A stretch of DNA of 64,000 bases from Alphaproteobacteria bacterium (lineage in GTDB: Bacteria; Pseudomonadota; Alphaproteobacteria; Bin95): NCBI GenBank assembly GCA_964291285.2, contig OZ219785.1:384001-448000 (forward strand). Reading direction: 5' to 3'. Both the position numbers and the translations under genes were made by a program. The stretch's first letter is position 1. Each line of letters starts with the position of its first letter. The notes beneath the pieces were generated by a model that was given only the letters and a program-made list of their open reading frames with translations, was not told where the DNA came from and did no database searches. Positions 32,421-42,669 of this stretch are shown piece by piece.

Positions 32421-34634
32421 TCAGCCGATGTCGAGGTGTTCGTTGTACTGATCGACCGTCAGGAAGCCGAAGTCGTCGGCCGTCAGCATCTCGGACGTCA
32501 CGCCCCTGACGACGATCTCGTTGCCTGCGAGCTTGGCCGAGGTGATGACCACGCCGCCCGCCTCCTCGCTGTCGGTCAGCACCAGGTCGGAGAACGAAAG
32601 GAACTTCTTCTCGGTCCCGGCATTCGCCCCGGTCTGGGCCAGGAAGACGATCGTGTCGGTCCCGTCCTCGAAGTCGGTGATGACGTCCACACCGTCGCCC
32701 CGGCGGAACAGGAACTCGTCGGCGCCCTCGCCGCCACGCAGACGGTCGGCATCCCTGCCGCCCTCCAGACGGTCGTTGCCGCCGTTGCCGAACAGCCGGT
32801 CTTCGCCCGCGCCGCCGGCCAGCACATCGAGACCGCCCTCGCCGCCTTCCAGCCGGTCATTGCCGTCCCCGCCGTCCAGTTCGTCGCTGCCGGCGCCGCC
32901 ATACAGCATGTCGTCGCCATTGGCACCGTTGAGCGTGTCATCGCCGTCTTCGCCATACAGACGGTCGGCGCTCTTCCCGCCGTTCAGCGTGTCGCCGCCG
33001 GCGCCGCCGTGGAGGATGTCGTTGTTGTCATCCCCGAACAGGAAGTCGTCGCCGCTGCCGCCATACAGCGTGTCCTTGCCATTGCCGCCGAAGAGCCTGT
33101 CGTCGCCGCCGCGCCCGTAGAGCACGTCCGCCGCGCCCTTGCCGTCAATGGTGTCGTCGTTGTTCCCGCCGACGAGCATGTCCTTCCTGTTCGTGCCCTT
33201 GAGCGTCTTCCCGGCCTGCGGGTCCGGATACTCCTCGTTCGGGTCGAAGTCCCAGATGAAGTCGACCTTGTTCCTGAGCTCCTGCAACTGCCGGGCAGTG
33301 AGATCCTCGAAGCCCTGGAACCGGGCCAGCACCTTCTGCGAGTCGCCCGTGCCGGTGACAAGGTGCGTGGTCACATCGTTCGGGTCCGTGATGCTCCGGA
33401 CAAACCGGACATCGTCCCACGAGATGCTGAACGGCAACCGGATGTAGTCCTCCTCGACCTTGAAGTCCCCGATGATGTCAGCGGCCCCGTCGCTGCTCCG
33501 GCCCTCGCTGATCACGAAGATGTCCCGGCCGGCATTGCCATAGAGCACATCCCTGCCGTCGCCGCCGTCGAGCCGGTCGTGGCCGTCGCCGCCGTAGAGC
33601 CCGTCGTCGCCGCCGCCGCCGTAGAGCAGGTCGTTGCCGCCGTCGCCGTCGAGCGAGTCCATGCCCGCGCCGCCCCAAAGCGTGTCGTTGCCGTTGCCGC
33701 CTTGCAGCCGGTCGTCGCCGTCCCCGCCGCGGAGGGTATCGTTGCCGTTGCCGCCGACGAGAGCGTCGTCCCCCGCGCCGCCCTTGAGCGTGTCTTCGCC
33801 GCCATGGCCGTAGATATGGTCGGAATGCGCGGTGCCCTGAATGGTGTTGCCATTGTGGTCGCCGTTGATCCAGTCCCCGCTCGCGGTCTCCAGGAACTCG
33901 TCAATCTTCCCTTTCGCCACCCTCACGGCTTCGGCGTCATCGGGATCGACATCCTCCTCGAACTTGAGCTCGGCGAGCACCTTGTTGCCGAGCATGATCC
34001 GGAAGTGGGCATTCCCGTAATGGCCGTCGGGGTGGTGGACAATGGTGAGCTCCGCCCCGTCCCGGATACCGGTCACGTAGATGTAGTCGTACCAATTCCG
34101 GAAGTCCTCGATATAGACATAGCTGTCGGGGTTGAGGATGAAGTGGTCGCCGCCATGGCCGCCATGGAGGAGGCTTCCCTGCGGATCACCGGCCTGGTTG
34201 GAGATCGGCCCCCGGCCAAGCGTCGCGTCGGTCAGCGCGCCGGTGCCGTCGTCCTGCCGGTTGCTCGCCTTGAGCTTGCCCGCGATCAGGAAGTCGTTGT
34301 GGGAGCCGCCGTAGAGGCGGTCGGCGATCTGGTCCTTCTGGTTCCCGACCAGGATGTCGTTGCCCCAGCCGCCGCGCAGGGTGTTCGGTCCGTTGCCGCC
34401 TTCGAGATAGTCGCGCCCGCCACCGCCGTGTGCATCGCTGCCGCCGCCGGAATCCTTGAACCAGTCATTGCCCTTCTGTCCGATGAAGGTGTCCTGGCCT
34501 GCCCCTCCGACGACGTTCATCGGGCCTTCGTAGGGACTTCCACCGTCCCCGCGCCTGGCCTCGTATCGGTTAGCCCCGGTATCCCGGGATCGATCCACCG
34601 TCTCTTCGCTGTCGATGAAATGCTGGGTCGTCAT
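32421..34634 (-). CDS. RTX/hemolysin-type Ca2+-binding repeat protein (737 aa)
   Basis: Three blocks of GGxGxD repeats, each followed by a DF-containing cap; C-terminus paralogous to the downstream RTX gene; GAGGAG RBS. Confidence 0.92.
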   Translation of the reverse strand: MTTQHFIDSEETVDRSRDTGANRYEARRGDGGSPYEGPMNVVGGAGQDTFIGQKGNDWFKDSGGGSDAHGGGGRDYLEGGNGPNTLRGGWGNDILVGNQKDQIADRLYGGSHNDFLIAGKLKASNRQDDGTGALTDATLGRGPISNQAGDPQGSLLHGGHGGDHFILNPDSYVYIEDFRNWYDYIYVTGIRDGAELTIVHHPDGHYGNAHFRIMLGNKVLAELKFEEDVDPDDAEAVRVAKGKIDEFLETASGDWINGDHNGNTIQGTAHSDHIYGHGGEDTLKGGAGDDALVGGNGNDTLRGGDGDDRLQGGNGNDTLWGGAGMDSLDGDGGNDLLYGGGGDDGLYGGDGHDRLDGGDGRDVLYGNAGRDIFVISEGRSSDGAADIIGDFKVEEDYIRLPFSISWDDVRFVRSITDPNDVTTHLVTGTGDSQKVLARFQGFEDLTARQLQELRNKVDFIWDFDPNEEYPDPQAGKTLKGTNRKDMLVGGNNDDTIDGKGAADVLYGRGGDDRLFGGNGKDTLYGGSGDDFLFGDDNNDILHGGAGGDTLNGGKSADRLYGEDGDDTLNGANGDDMLYGGAGSDELDGGDGNDRLEGGEGGLDVLAGGAGEDRLFGNGGNDRLEGGRDADRLRGGEGADEFLFRRGDGVDVITDFEDGTDTIVFLAQTGANAGTEKKFLSFSDLVLTDSEEAGGVVITSAKLAGNEIVVRGVTSEMLTADDFGFLTVDQYNEHLDIG

Positions 34635-34672
34635 GGCGATCTCTCCTCAAGGTCAGGTGAACAATGTCCTTG

Positions 34673-34701
34673 CCAATACCGGGGGGGGGGGGTGAAGTCA
34701 A
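34673..34701 (-). promoter_or_regulatory. Putative phase-variable promoter with C12 in the spacer
   Basis: Minus strand TTGACT-tca-C12-gg-TATTGG gives an exact 17-bp spacer about 40 bp upstream of the RTX ATG. Confidence 0.65.
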
Positions 34702-34920
34702 CACATGGAATGAGAAATTTGCGCTGTGGGGTTTTTCCGGTCGGATGGGACGTTGGGTCCGGGTGTTGATGTTGTTTGTTCCGGCGTTCGAGGCGGTCGC
34801 CGCGGTTGCTTTTCGAACTTGAGCGGCCCAGCCCGGCAGCATCGCCGGCCTTCGGTCGCGTTTGTCCGTATGCCGGGGTCCGGCGGGTTGGGTCAGCGTT
34901 GTCGGCAGTCGGCTGAGGGG

Positions 34921-36399
34921 TCAGCCGGTATCGAGGTATGGCGCCGGGCCGACCAGGGAGCGCATGCGTGCGACGCGTCCGGCGCGGGCCTGTGCAAGCG
35001 CCATGGCCATCATGACCGCCAGGGCCAGCCCGATGCGGGTCTTCATCTTCGCGCGTCCGCGGATGTAATGGGTCTCGAAGTTGAAGCTGCGGTCGAGGCG
35101 GGCGTTGATCCGCTCCATGGCGGTGCGCCGGTTGTATCCGCGCCGCCATGACGGGCTGCCCCAGGGCGTGGGCGTGAAGATACGCCGGTCATGGCTGTCG
35201 AGGTCGACGCGCAGGATGCGGCCGTATTCGCCGGACTTCACCCCACCCGCCCGATGGCAGGCCCGGCGTCCCTTGCACTCGAAGCCGAAGGCGGCTGCGG
35301 GGCAGCGGTATTTGAGCGTGCCGCAGACGCCGCGCCCGGCCTCGAACCCCTGGAAGGCCATGGCGCGGACCTCGCCGGTCTGCGGGCACACGCAGGACAC
35401 CCGGCCGCGTTCGTCATGAACGATGACGTCGGCGCGCCCGGGGAACAGCGGTCGCGTGATCGGCCGGGCCGGGTCATGGCCCGGCTCCTTCTTCTCCGCC
35501 CGCCACATCAGGCGCGTGTCGATCAGCGGGCGGATATGCCACCTGTCCCACAGCCGCGCCTTCAGGCGGGCGTTGTCGAGACCGCGGTCGGCGCTGAAAT
35601 CGGCGCAGCGACCGGCCATCTCCGGCGCCCCGGCGAACAACTCCTCCAGCATCCCGGACAGCACCCCGGGTTCCGATGCCGACGCCCGCGTCACCTCGAA
35701 GGCCACAGGAACCTCGTGGTCCGTGTCGGCGATCAGGTGCAGCCCGTAGCCGAACCACGACTTCACCTTCTTCCACACCGCGCCGGTCTTCGCGTTCACC
35801 CCGCCCGTCTCGTGCTTGCCCCAATCCGCATCGGGGTCCGAGGTCTTCCCCCTGTCACCGGCAATCCGGCCCGTCGAATGGCTCCCGACCGCCTTGCCGT
35901 CGTAGCCGAGATGGCGGCCGAAGTCCGGCAGTTCCTCGAACAACGACGCGCGCAGGCGCCCGATCATCCCCGACACAAGGCCGCGCTCGTCCTCAAGGCG
36001 CACCACGCGCCCCAGGAACCGCGAGAAGTTCCAGGCGCCCGGCACCGTCGAGCGCAACGGCGCCGGATACCTCACCACCCGCCCCGCGCAAAGCGCCACC
36101 ACCGGCGCGCCCTGCAAGGGCAGCGCCTCGAAACCGCAAATCTCAAGCAATGCCGGGTTGCGGCCCAGCTCCCGCAGAAGCGACTGCATCGAGGCGTGCT
36201 GGAACACGATCCCCGCGATCAACGCACGCCACATCGCCCGCACCGGATAGTCGTTCCGCCCGCGACCGCGACCCGCCTCAAGCGCTGCCACAACCTCCTC
36301 GTCCGGAAGCACCTCCAGCATCACACGCAACCGCGCAAGATCCGGAAGACCTTCGACAGACCGCCACGAAAACGGTAACTTCTCCGCTGTCGCCATCAC
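34921..36399 (-). CDS. DDE transposase (IS1182/IS5-like, DUF772-type N-terminus); element ends not resolved
   Basis: RGRGRNDYPV, YDGKAV, SDPDADWG, WFGYGLH, ADRGLD and YNRRTAMERIN motifs. Confidence 0.85.
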   Translation of the reverse strand: MMATAEKLPFSWRSVEGLPDLARLRVMLEVLPDEEVVAALEAGRGRGRNDYPVRAMWRALIAGIVFQHASMQSLLRELGRNPALLEICGFEALPLQGAPVVALCAGRVVRYPAPLRSTVPGAWNFSRFLGRVVRLEDERGLVSGMIGRLRASLFEELPDFGRHLGYDGKAVGSHSTGRIAGDRGKTSDPDADWGKHETGGVNAKTGAVWKKVKSWFGYGLHLIADTDHEVPVAFEVTRASASEPGVLSGMLEELFAGAPEMAGRCADFSADRGLDNARLKARLWDRWHIRPLIDTRLMWRAEKKEPGHDPARPITRPLFPGRADVIVHDERGRVSCVCPQTGEVRAMAFQGFEAGRGVCGTLKYRCPAAAFGFECKGRRACHRAGGVKSGEYGRILRVDLDSHDRRIFTPTPWGSPSWRRGYNRRTAMERINARLDRSFNFETHYIRGRAKMKTRIGLALAVMMAMALAQARAGRVARMRSLVGPAPYLDTG

Positions 36400-36756
36400 G
36401 TTCTCCCAACCAGCACCGGTGGATGGAACAAGGGCCGCAGGCCCGATGGCGACACCTTCTACTCAGTCCCGCGCCTCAACGCGACGCGCCCGAAAACCAG
36501 CCCGCGCACGGCCATGGGGTGGAAATCCACAAAACCTTTCCCTCCAAACCGCAAAAACCCCGGAAATCAGCCATCCTGACGGGGTAAGAAAAATCCAGAC
36601 CCTCCGCAATACCTTGCTCAGAAAGAACTTCCAAACAGCGCACACGCCTCTGGAATACGGCGCGGCCTCCTGCGGACTGTCATGGCCGGGGCGGCGGCCC
36701 CTGTCCTGCGCCGGCCGCCATCGGCAGGATCGGCACACGCGGCGCCCGGCATTCTC

Positions 36757-39700
36757 CTACCATCGCAGCGCGCCGCGCAGCATGAGGCTGTCTTCGGGGG
36801 CCGGGCCCGGCCGGTGCGCGCCCTCGAGGCCGAGGGAGAGCCCCGCGCCGAGGCGGTAGCGCGCGCCGAGGCGCAGCGTGCGCCCGCCCGTCTCCGCCAG
36901 GCTCAAGCCCGCCCAGGGGGTGAGCACCGCCAGCGGCCCCGGACCGGCAAGGCCGAAGCCGTGGCCCACCTCCGCCTCCAGGCGGCTCTCCGCCCCTTCC
37001 GGCGCCGTGCCGGATGCCGCCGCGGGCAGGCCGTGGTCGAACAGCCGGTCCAGGCCGCTCTCCGTGCGCCCGTGCGCGGGGCCGAAGGCGAGGAACGTCC
37101 CGCGCCCGTCGGCCCCGGGGTCGAGGCGCACCAGCGCGCTCACCCCCCACTCGTCGCGGTCCGCCTCGTGCGCCGCCAGAAGCCGCGCGCGCAGCTCCGC
37201 CGTCAGACCCGCCGCCGGGTCATGCCAGGTCACGCCCGCCCCGGCCTCGAGGCCCGCCCCCTCGGCAACGTCGCCGCCGTCATGGCGCACCCCCGCCTCC
37301 AGAGCCGGCGTCAGCGTCGCACCGCCCGCCAGCGCGTGCTCGTACGAGCCCTCCAGCAGCAGCCGCAGACGGGTCGTCCTCGCCGTCAGCCCCGCCAGGC
37401 CGTCATCGGACCCCGTGCGCAGGCGCGACGCCGAACCCTCGCCCTTCACCGCAAGGCGCGTCATCCCGCCCCCGATGAGCTCCGCATCCTCGACCAGGAC
37501 GCTGCGCCCGCCCGCAGACGCGCTCCACTGCGTCAGGTCCGCACTGCGCGAAGGCGCGCCTTCCTCGGCAATCCGCACCTCGCCGGTCCCGTAGCCGAGG
37601 CTCGCCCAAAGGGTCGAGCCGTCCGGCAGCAGCCACGCCGCATAGGGGTGCACCGACGTGATCGTGGTCTCGTGCACGCCCTTCACCCGGCCGCCGGCAG
37701 CGCCGGTCGTCCGCGTGTCCAGCTCGCCCCGCGCATGGGAGAGCGCCGCCCCGGCCAGAAGGTCCGGGCGCACCCGCAGGTCCGCTCCCAGCTGCGCCGA
37801 CCACAGGCCGCCGTCCCAGGTGACATCCTTCTCCGAACCCGACAGCGACAGCCACTCGCCCCGGCCCCATACCGCCAACGGCGGCGCCTCGTCCTCTCCG
37901 GCGCCCGCCGCCAGCGTGAAGGATGCCCCGTCCAGTATCTCGCTCAGGGTCGGGCCGTGCTCCTCCGGGCGCGGCGGCGCGGACCGGGCGGCCCGGGCAT
38001 GACCGACCGGCGACGACGGCAGGGCGCCGAACCGCAGCGAACTGCCCGGCCTGCCGGACGCCGCCGCCTCGATGCGGTCCGTCACCGCCCCCAGCGTCCG
38101 CGACATCGCCGCCGCCGCCACATGCGGCAGCACCGCCGCATTCACCCGGTTCGCCCGTGACACGGACCCCGGCGCACGGTCGCGCAGCACGCCCGCAGCC
38201 GTCGCGTCGCTCCCCACCGCGTAGCCCGCACCGTCGTTCAGCGTGATGCGGTAGGCTTCCGCCCCCTCCGTATCCGCATCGGCCGCCGTCGGGATCGTCA
38301 CCACCCCCGTGGTGCGCCCCGCGGCGCCGAATACCGCATCGAACGAACGCGGCCCCAAACCGCCCGGAACGTCACCGGCATCGAAGCCGCTGGCATTGCG
38401 CGCCGCCAGCGTCAGGTTCACCGACAGACTGCCCGTCAATGCCCGGTCGGCGGTCACCGTGAGGCGGATGTCGTCGCCCTCGGTCACCGCCGCCGGGTCC
38501 TGCGCCAGCGTCAGCACCGGCAACAGCGTCGTGTCCGTCACTGTCACCGCCACCGGATCGATGGTCACCGAACCGTAGCCGCCACCGCTCGCACCATGGG
38601 TCAGCGTCGCCGTGTCGTCCACCGTGTCCTCGTCACGGGCCGCGCGCACCGTCACCGTCTGCGCCGTGTCCCAGTTGGTGGTCGTGAAGGTCAGGCTCGC
38701 CGGTTCCACCGTCACGTCCCCCGACGCGCCGCCCACCGTCACCGTGACATCGCCCGAGGGTTCCGTATCCAGCACCACCGTGTAGGCCGCACTGCTGCCC
38801 TCCGACACCCTCAGCGCGGTCGGCGTCACCGTCACGCTTCCGTCTGCGGCGGGGGTCGTGCCGCCGCCTCCGCCGCCGCCTCCGCCGGACGGCGGCGCGG
38901 GAGCCGCCGGCGCCACAGGCGTCGCCGTTACCGGCGCATCCGGGCCGGCGCCGTTGCCGGCCCCGTTCACCGCGCGCACCTCGAACTGGTAGGCGGTGCC
39001 GTTGGTCAGACCGCTCACCTCGTGGCTGGTGGTGCCCGCACCGGAGCCGGCAATGTCCTCCCACTCGCCCCACTCGCCGCTGCCGGCCTTCTGCCGCACC
39101 TGCCACTTCGTGATGGTCGGGTTGTCCGGGTCGGTCCAGCTCAGCGTCACCGAACCGTTGCCCGCCGCGCCGGCAAGGCCGGCCGGCTTCAACGGCGCCG
39201 CATCCTTCTCCGCCACGCTCACCACCACATCGGCGATGGTCACCGAGTCGTAGCCGCCGCCAGACGCGCCGTGGGTCAGCGTCACGGCGGGGTCCGTGTT
39301 CGTGTCCGTGTCCGTGCCTGCGTTCACCGTCACCGTCTGCGGCTGGTTCCAGTCGGTCCGGGTGAAGGTCAGCGGCGAGCCCGTCACCGTCACGTCCCCC
39401 GACGCGCCGCCCACCGTTATCGTCACATCCGATGTCGGCGGCGTGTTCAGCCGCATCGTGTACGTCCTGCTGCCGCCTTCCGCCACCGTCAACGCCGCCG
39501 TCGACACCGTCACCCCCGGCGTATCGGCCACCGTCACGTCCACCGTGCCCGCATCCGGGATCGCATCCGCCGTGGCTCCCGTCAGCCGGAAGGCGTGGTT
39601 GATCACCGCCGTGCCGTTCGCGACCCCGGTCACCGTCACCGTCCGCGCCGTGCTGTAGTTGCTCGTCGTGAAGGTCAGGCTCGCCGGACTTACCCGCGCC

Positions 39701-42669
39701 GCCGCCGTGGCGTCGCTCGTGATCCGCAGCGTCCCCGCATACGCCTTCGTCAGCGCCACCGTGTAGGTCGCCGTGGAACCGGGCGCCACCGTCACCGGCG
39801 TCCCGGTCAGCGTGAGCGCCGCCGTGGTGTCGTCCTTGAAGGTCACCGTACGGATGTTCGACCAGGGACCCTGAAGGTTGCCCGTTCCCCCGGCGACACC
39901 CGCCATGCGATAGCCCGTTGCCCGAACCCGGACCTCGACCGATGCCCCGTCAGGATAGTTCAGCAGAAGCCGATTGCTGCGAGAGCCCGGGTTCTGTCTG
40001 GCACTGGCCTGGTTGAGACTGCGATCCGTCCAGGCGGTTTCGCCCTTCAGCCGGGTCTGCGCTCTCCACCAATGGAACTTGGCCGCGTCTTTCACATAGT
40101 CGTCCGCATCCGACAACTCGTTCGAGCCGCCGGCATGGGTCCAGGTCAGGTCGATCTGCCCGTTCGTCGTCGAGGTCGCCGCCGTCAGCACCGGGGCCGC
40201 CGGATCGGTCTTCGCCGTCACCTCGTCCGACCACACCGACTGCACCCCGGGACTGACCGCCGCAAACAGGCGGAACGTGTAGTCCGTCCCCTTCGTCAGC
40301 CCCGTCACCCGGACGCTCGTCCTGCTTCTGCCCGTGACCGTCGTGGTCGTGTTCCAGCCCCCCGTGCTCTTGTACTGGTAGCCCCAGCTCGTTATCGGAA
40401 TGCCCGACAGGCCGCTCCAGCTCAGGGTGACCGAGGCATCGCCTCCTGCCGCCGTCAGGACCGGCTTGGGAACCGTGTTCGTCGGCGTCGCCTTCACCTG
40501 GTCCGACCACACCGACTGCACACCGGGACCGACCGCGGCGAACAGCCGGAACGTGTATTCCGTGCCGATCGTCAGTCCCGTCACCGTGGTGCTCGTCGTG
40601 CTGCCGCCCGTGACCGTCCGGGTCCTGATCCAGCTGCCGCCCGCGGGCTTGTACTGATAACCCCAGCTCGCAACCGTCACACCCGACAAGGCGCTCCAGC
40701 TCAGGGTGACCCTGGCGTAACCCGGTTCGGCGCTCAGCACCGGCTTGGGAACCGCCGCCGACGCCGACGGCGTCGCCTCCACCACCGCCGACGCGGCGCC
40801 GTTGCCGCCGCTGTTCCGCGCCCGGATGCGGAAGCGGTACTCGCTGTCGTTGTTCAGACCCGTCACCGTGTGGGTCGTGGTGTCCGCGTCCGAACCGGAA
40901 ATCGCGGCCCAGCTGCCCCAGGCGGCGCTGCCCTTCCTCTGCTGCACCCGATACCTCGTGATCGAATCGTCGTCCGGATCGGTCCACGTCAGCTTCACCT
41001 GACGGTTGCCCGCCTCCGCCGACAACCCCGTCGGCGCCGCGGGGACGGCGACGGTGGGGGGATCGTCGTCGTCGGTGATGGTCAGAGTGAGTTTGCCGGC
41101 GGTCCAGCCGGACTTGTAACCAAGCAGCTTGATGGTCTCGTTCGGCTCGTCCCGGGTGTCGCCGAGAATGCGAAGGGTCCTCGTGCCCTCGGTCTCGCCT
41201 GCGGCGATGGAGACCGAAGCGTCACTGTTCGGCCAGCACCAGTCGGTATCCGCCGGGTTCAGGGGCGCGGTGCACTGGTCGCTCCCCTTGTTGGAGCCTT
41301 GGGCCGTGCCGGTGGTGATGTCAGAACCAAGTGTGATCGAAAAGTCCGCCGGCGCCGCCTCGCCGAGCGTGGCGGTCACCGTCACGTCCGTCGAACCGGA
41401 GTTGCCCTCGGTGATCGAGGTCGAGGTAGCCGACAAGGTGATCGTCTTCGTGGAAGCGGCCGCGAGGGTTGTGCCGGTGGCTTTTACGATGACGCCCGGA
41501 GGGCAGACCGCAGAAGGATTATAAGTAGAATGGGTCGCTGTAAGACTGATCTCATATTCGGTGTTGGCGTCCAGACCGGTCAGCGTGCGGCTGGTCGCGG
41601 CGGCATTCGAGATGGTGACAGAGGTCGAACTTTCCCCGGTCTTGCCGTAAGAAAACGTCCAGCCGTTGCGGAATACATCGGTCGGCGCCGTCCAGGTGAC
41701 GACAAACCCGTCCGAACGCGGCGCGAGGCTCAGGTTCGTCGGGCTGAGCACGGAAGGGCAGCTGTCCATAGGCGTCGCCGTCACCCAGCCCGTGGCGGCG
41801 CCGTCGCCGGAGGCGTTCACGGCGCGGATCATGAAACTGTATTCGGCGTCGTCTTCCAGCCCCGTTACCATGTGCCTCACGGTGTTCGCGCCCGAACCCG
41901 CCATGGCGGCCCAGGTGGCGCTGCCCTTTGCCGGTGTCTTGGCGTAGCGCAGCTTGTAGCCGGTGATCGTGCCGGCCGGCTTGGTCCACGTCAGCAACAC
42001 CTGTGTGGTGCCGGCCCCCGTCGCCGTCAGACCCGTCGGCGCCGCGGGGACAGAAGCGGTGGTGCCGTCGTTGTCAGTGATGGTGAGAATGAGCGTGTTG
42101 CTGTTCTGCGTCCAGCCATCCGAACGTGCCAGACTGTTGGGCACAAGCCTCAGGGCGACGGTTTCCCCGGTTCCCTCATCGACCGTGTCGCCCAGTATGC
42201 CGATTCCGAAACTTCCATTCGTCCCGACGTTAACATTTACAAATGCGTTGTCGCTGAATACACCGGGATAACAGATATCCGCGCCGCTGGACGGAGCACT
42301 GCAAGATGTGGTGCCAACATTGGTGTTGTCGCTTGCCGTGCTGCTGGCGGCAACAAACTCAACGTCAAATCCCACTCTAGTTGGCGTGCCCTCCCCGAGC
42401 TTGACGTTGATCGTCACATCCTTCTTGCCGGAATCGCCCTCGGTGATCGTGGTTGACGCGGTCGATATGGTGACGGTCTTGGCGGCGCGCGCGTTTTCGG
42501 GTGCGGTGAGCACCACCAGCGCGAAGAAGACAAAGACGAATCCCGCCTTCAGGCGGCGGGCGGTTCTCCCGAGGGCGCCCACCGGCTCAGCCCCGCGCCC
42601 TGACTCTTGAGGGGGGGGGGGGGTACAACGAGTTCGGGTTCGCGCGCGCGTGAGGCGCTCACATCCCAC
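36757..42669 (-). CDS. Giant autotransporter adhesin with Calx-beta and fibronectin type III repeats and a C-terminal beta-barrel
   Basis: Signal-like hydrophobic segment ending ARA; TITEGDSG Calx-beta and PAAPTGL...F.IRA.N FN3 repeats; barrel ending LRGALRW. True start uncertain (see findings). Confidence 0.9.
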   Translation of the reverse strand: MGCERLTRARTRTRCTPPPPQESGRGAEPVGALGRTARRLKAGFVFVFFALVVLTAPENARAAKTVTISTASTTITEGDSGKKDVTINVKLGEGTPTRVGFDVEFVAASSTASDNTNVGTTSCSAPSSGADICYPGVFSDNAFVNVNVGTNGSFGIGILGDTVDEGTGETVALRLVPNSLARSDGWTQNSNTLILTITDNDGTTASVPAAPTGLTATGAGTTQVLLTWTKPAGTITGYKLRYAKTPAKGSATWAAMAGSGANTVRHMVTGLEDDAEYSFMIRAVNASGDGAATGWVTATPMDSCPSVLSPTNLSLAPRSDGFVVTWTAPTDVFRNGWTFSYGKTGESSTSVTISNAAATSRTLTGLDANTEYEISLTATHSTYNPSAVCPPGVIVKATGTTLAAASTKTITLSATSTSITEGNSGSTDVTVTATLGEAAPADFSITLGSDITTGTAQGSNKGSDQCTAPLNPADTDWCWPNSDASVSIAAGETEGTRTLRILGDTRDEPNETIKLLGYKSGWTAGKLTLTITDDDDPPTVAVPAAPTGLSAEAGNRQVKLTWTDPDDDSITRYRVQQRKGSAAWGSWAAISGSDADTTTHTVTGLNNDSEYRFRIRARNSGGNGAASAVVEATPSASAAVPKPVLSAEPGYARVTLSWSALSGVTVASWGYQYKPAGGSWIRTRTVTGGSTTSTTVTGLTIGTEYTFRLFAAVGPGVQSVWSDQVKATPTNTVPKPVLTAAGGDASVTLSWSGLSGIPITSWGYQYKSTGGWNTTTTVTGRSRTSVRVTGLTKGTDYTFRLFAAVSPGVQSVWSDEVTAKTDPAAPVLTAATSTTNGQIDLTWTHAGGSNELSDADDYVKDAAKFHWWRAQTRLKGETAWTDRSLNQASARQNPGSRSNRLLLNYPDGASVEVRVRATGYRMAGVAGGTGNLQGPWSNIRTVTFKDDTTAALTLTGTPVTVAPGSTATYTVALTKAYAGTLRITSDATAAARVSPASLTFTTSNYSTARTVTVTGVANGTAVINHAFRLTGATADAIPDAGTVDVTVADTPGVTVSTAALTVAEGGSRTYTMRLNTPPTSDVTITVGGASGDVTVTGSPLTFTRTDWNQPQTVTVNAGTDTDTNTDPAVTLTHGASGGGYDSVTIADVVVSVAEKDAAPLKPAGLAGAAGNGSVTLSWTDPDNPTITKWQVRQKAGSGEWGEWEDIAGSGAGTTSHEVSGLTNGTAYQFEVRAVNGAGNGAGPDAPVTATPVAPAAPAPPSGGGGGGGGGTTPAADGSVTVTPTALRVSEGSSAAYTVVLDTEPSGDVTVTVGGASGDVTVEPASLTFTTTNWDTAQTVTVRAARDEDTVDDTATLTHGASGGGYGSVTIDPVAVTVTDTTLLPVLTLAQDPAAVTEGDDIRLTVTADRALTGSLSVNLTLAARNASGFDAGDVPGGLGPRSFDAVFGAAGRTTGVVTIPTAADADTEGAEAYRITLNDGAGYAVGSDATAAGVLRDRAPGSVSRANRVNAAVLPHVAAAAMSRTLGAVTDRIEAAASGRPGSSLRFGALPSSPVGHARAARSAPPRPEEHGPTLSEILDGASFTLAAGAGEDEAPPLAVWGRGEWLSLSGSEKDVTWDGGLWSAQLGADLRVRPDLLAGAALSHARGELDTRTTGAAGGRVKGVHETTITSVHPYAAWLLPDGSTLWASLGYGTGEVRIAEEGAPSRSADLTQWSASAGGRSVLVEDAELIGGGMTRLAVKGEGSASRLRTGSDDGLAGLTARTTRLRLLLEGSYEHALAGGATLTPALEAGVRHDGGDVAEGAGLEAGAGVTWHDPAAGLTAELRARLLAAHEADRDEWGVSALVRLDPGADGRGTFLAFGPAHGRTESGLDRLFDHGLPAAASGTAPEGAESRLEAEVGHGFGLAGPGPLAVLTPWAGLSLAETGGRTLRLGARYRLGAGLSLGLEGAHRPGPAPEDSLMLRGALRW
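42611..42623 (-). repeat. C13 homopolymer in the 5' coding region of the autotransporter
   Basis: G13 on the + strand, upstream of the signal peptide core. Confidence 0.9.

Noticed and set aside
31557-34769. 1070-aa + strand ORF
   Set aside because: Antisense shadow of the RTX genes; repetitive V/A-rich translation with no motifs.
34705-36625. Terminal inverted repeats for the 34921-36399 transposase
   Set aside because: Only weak similarity (TGAG.AA...TTGCG) and no convincing target duplication, so ends were not called.
38596-42456. 1286-aa + strand ORF
   Set aside because: Antisense shadow of the autotransporter in high-GC DNA; Arg-rich with no recognisable motifs.
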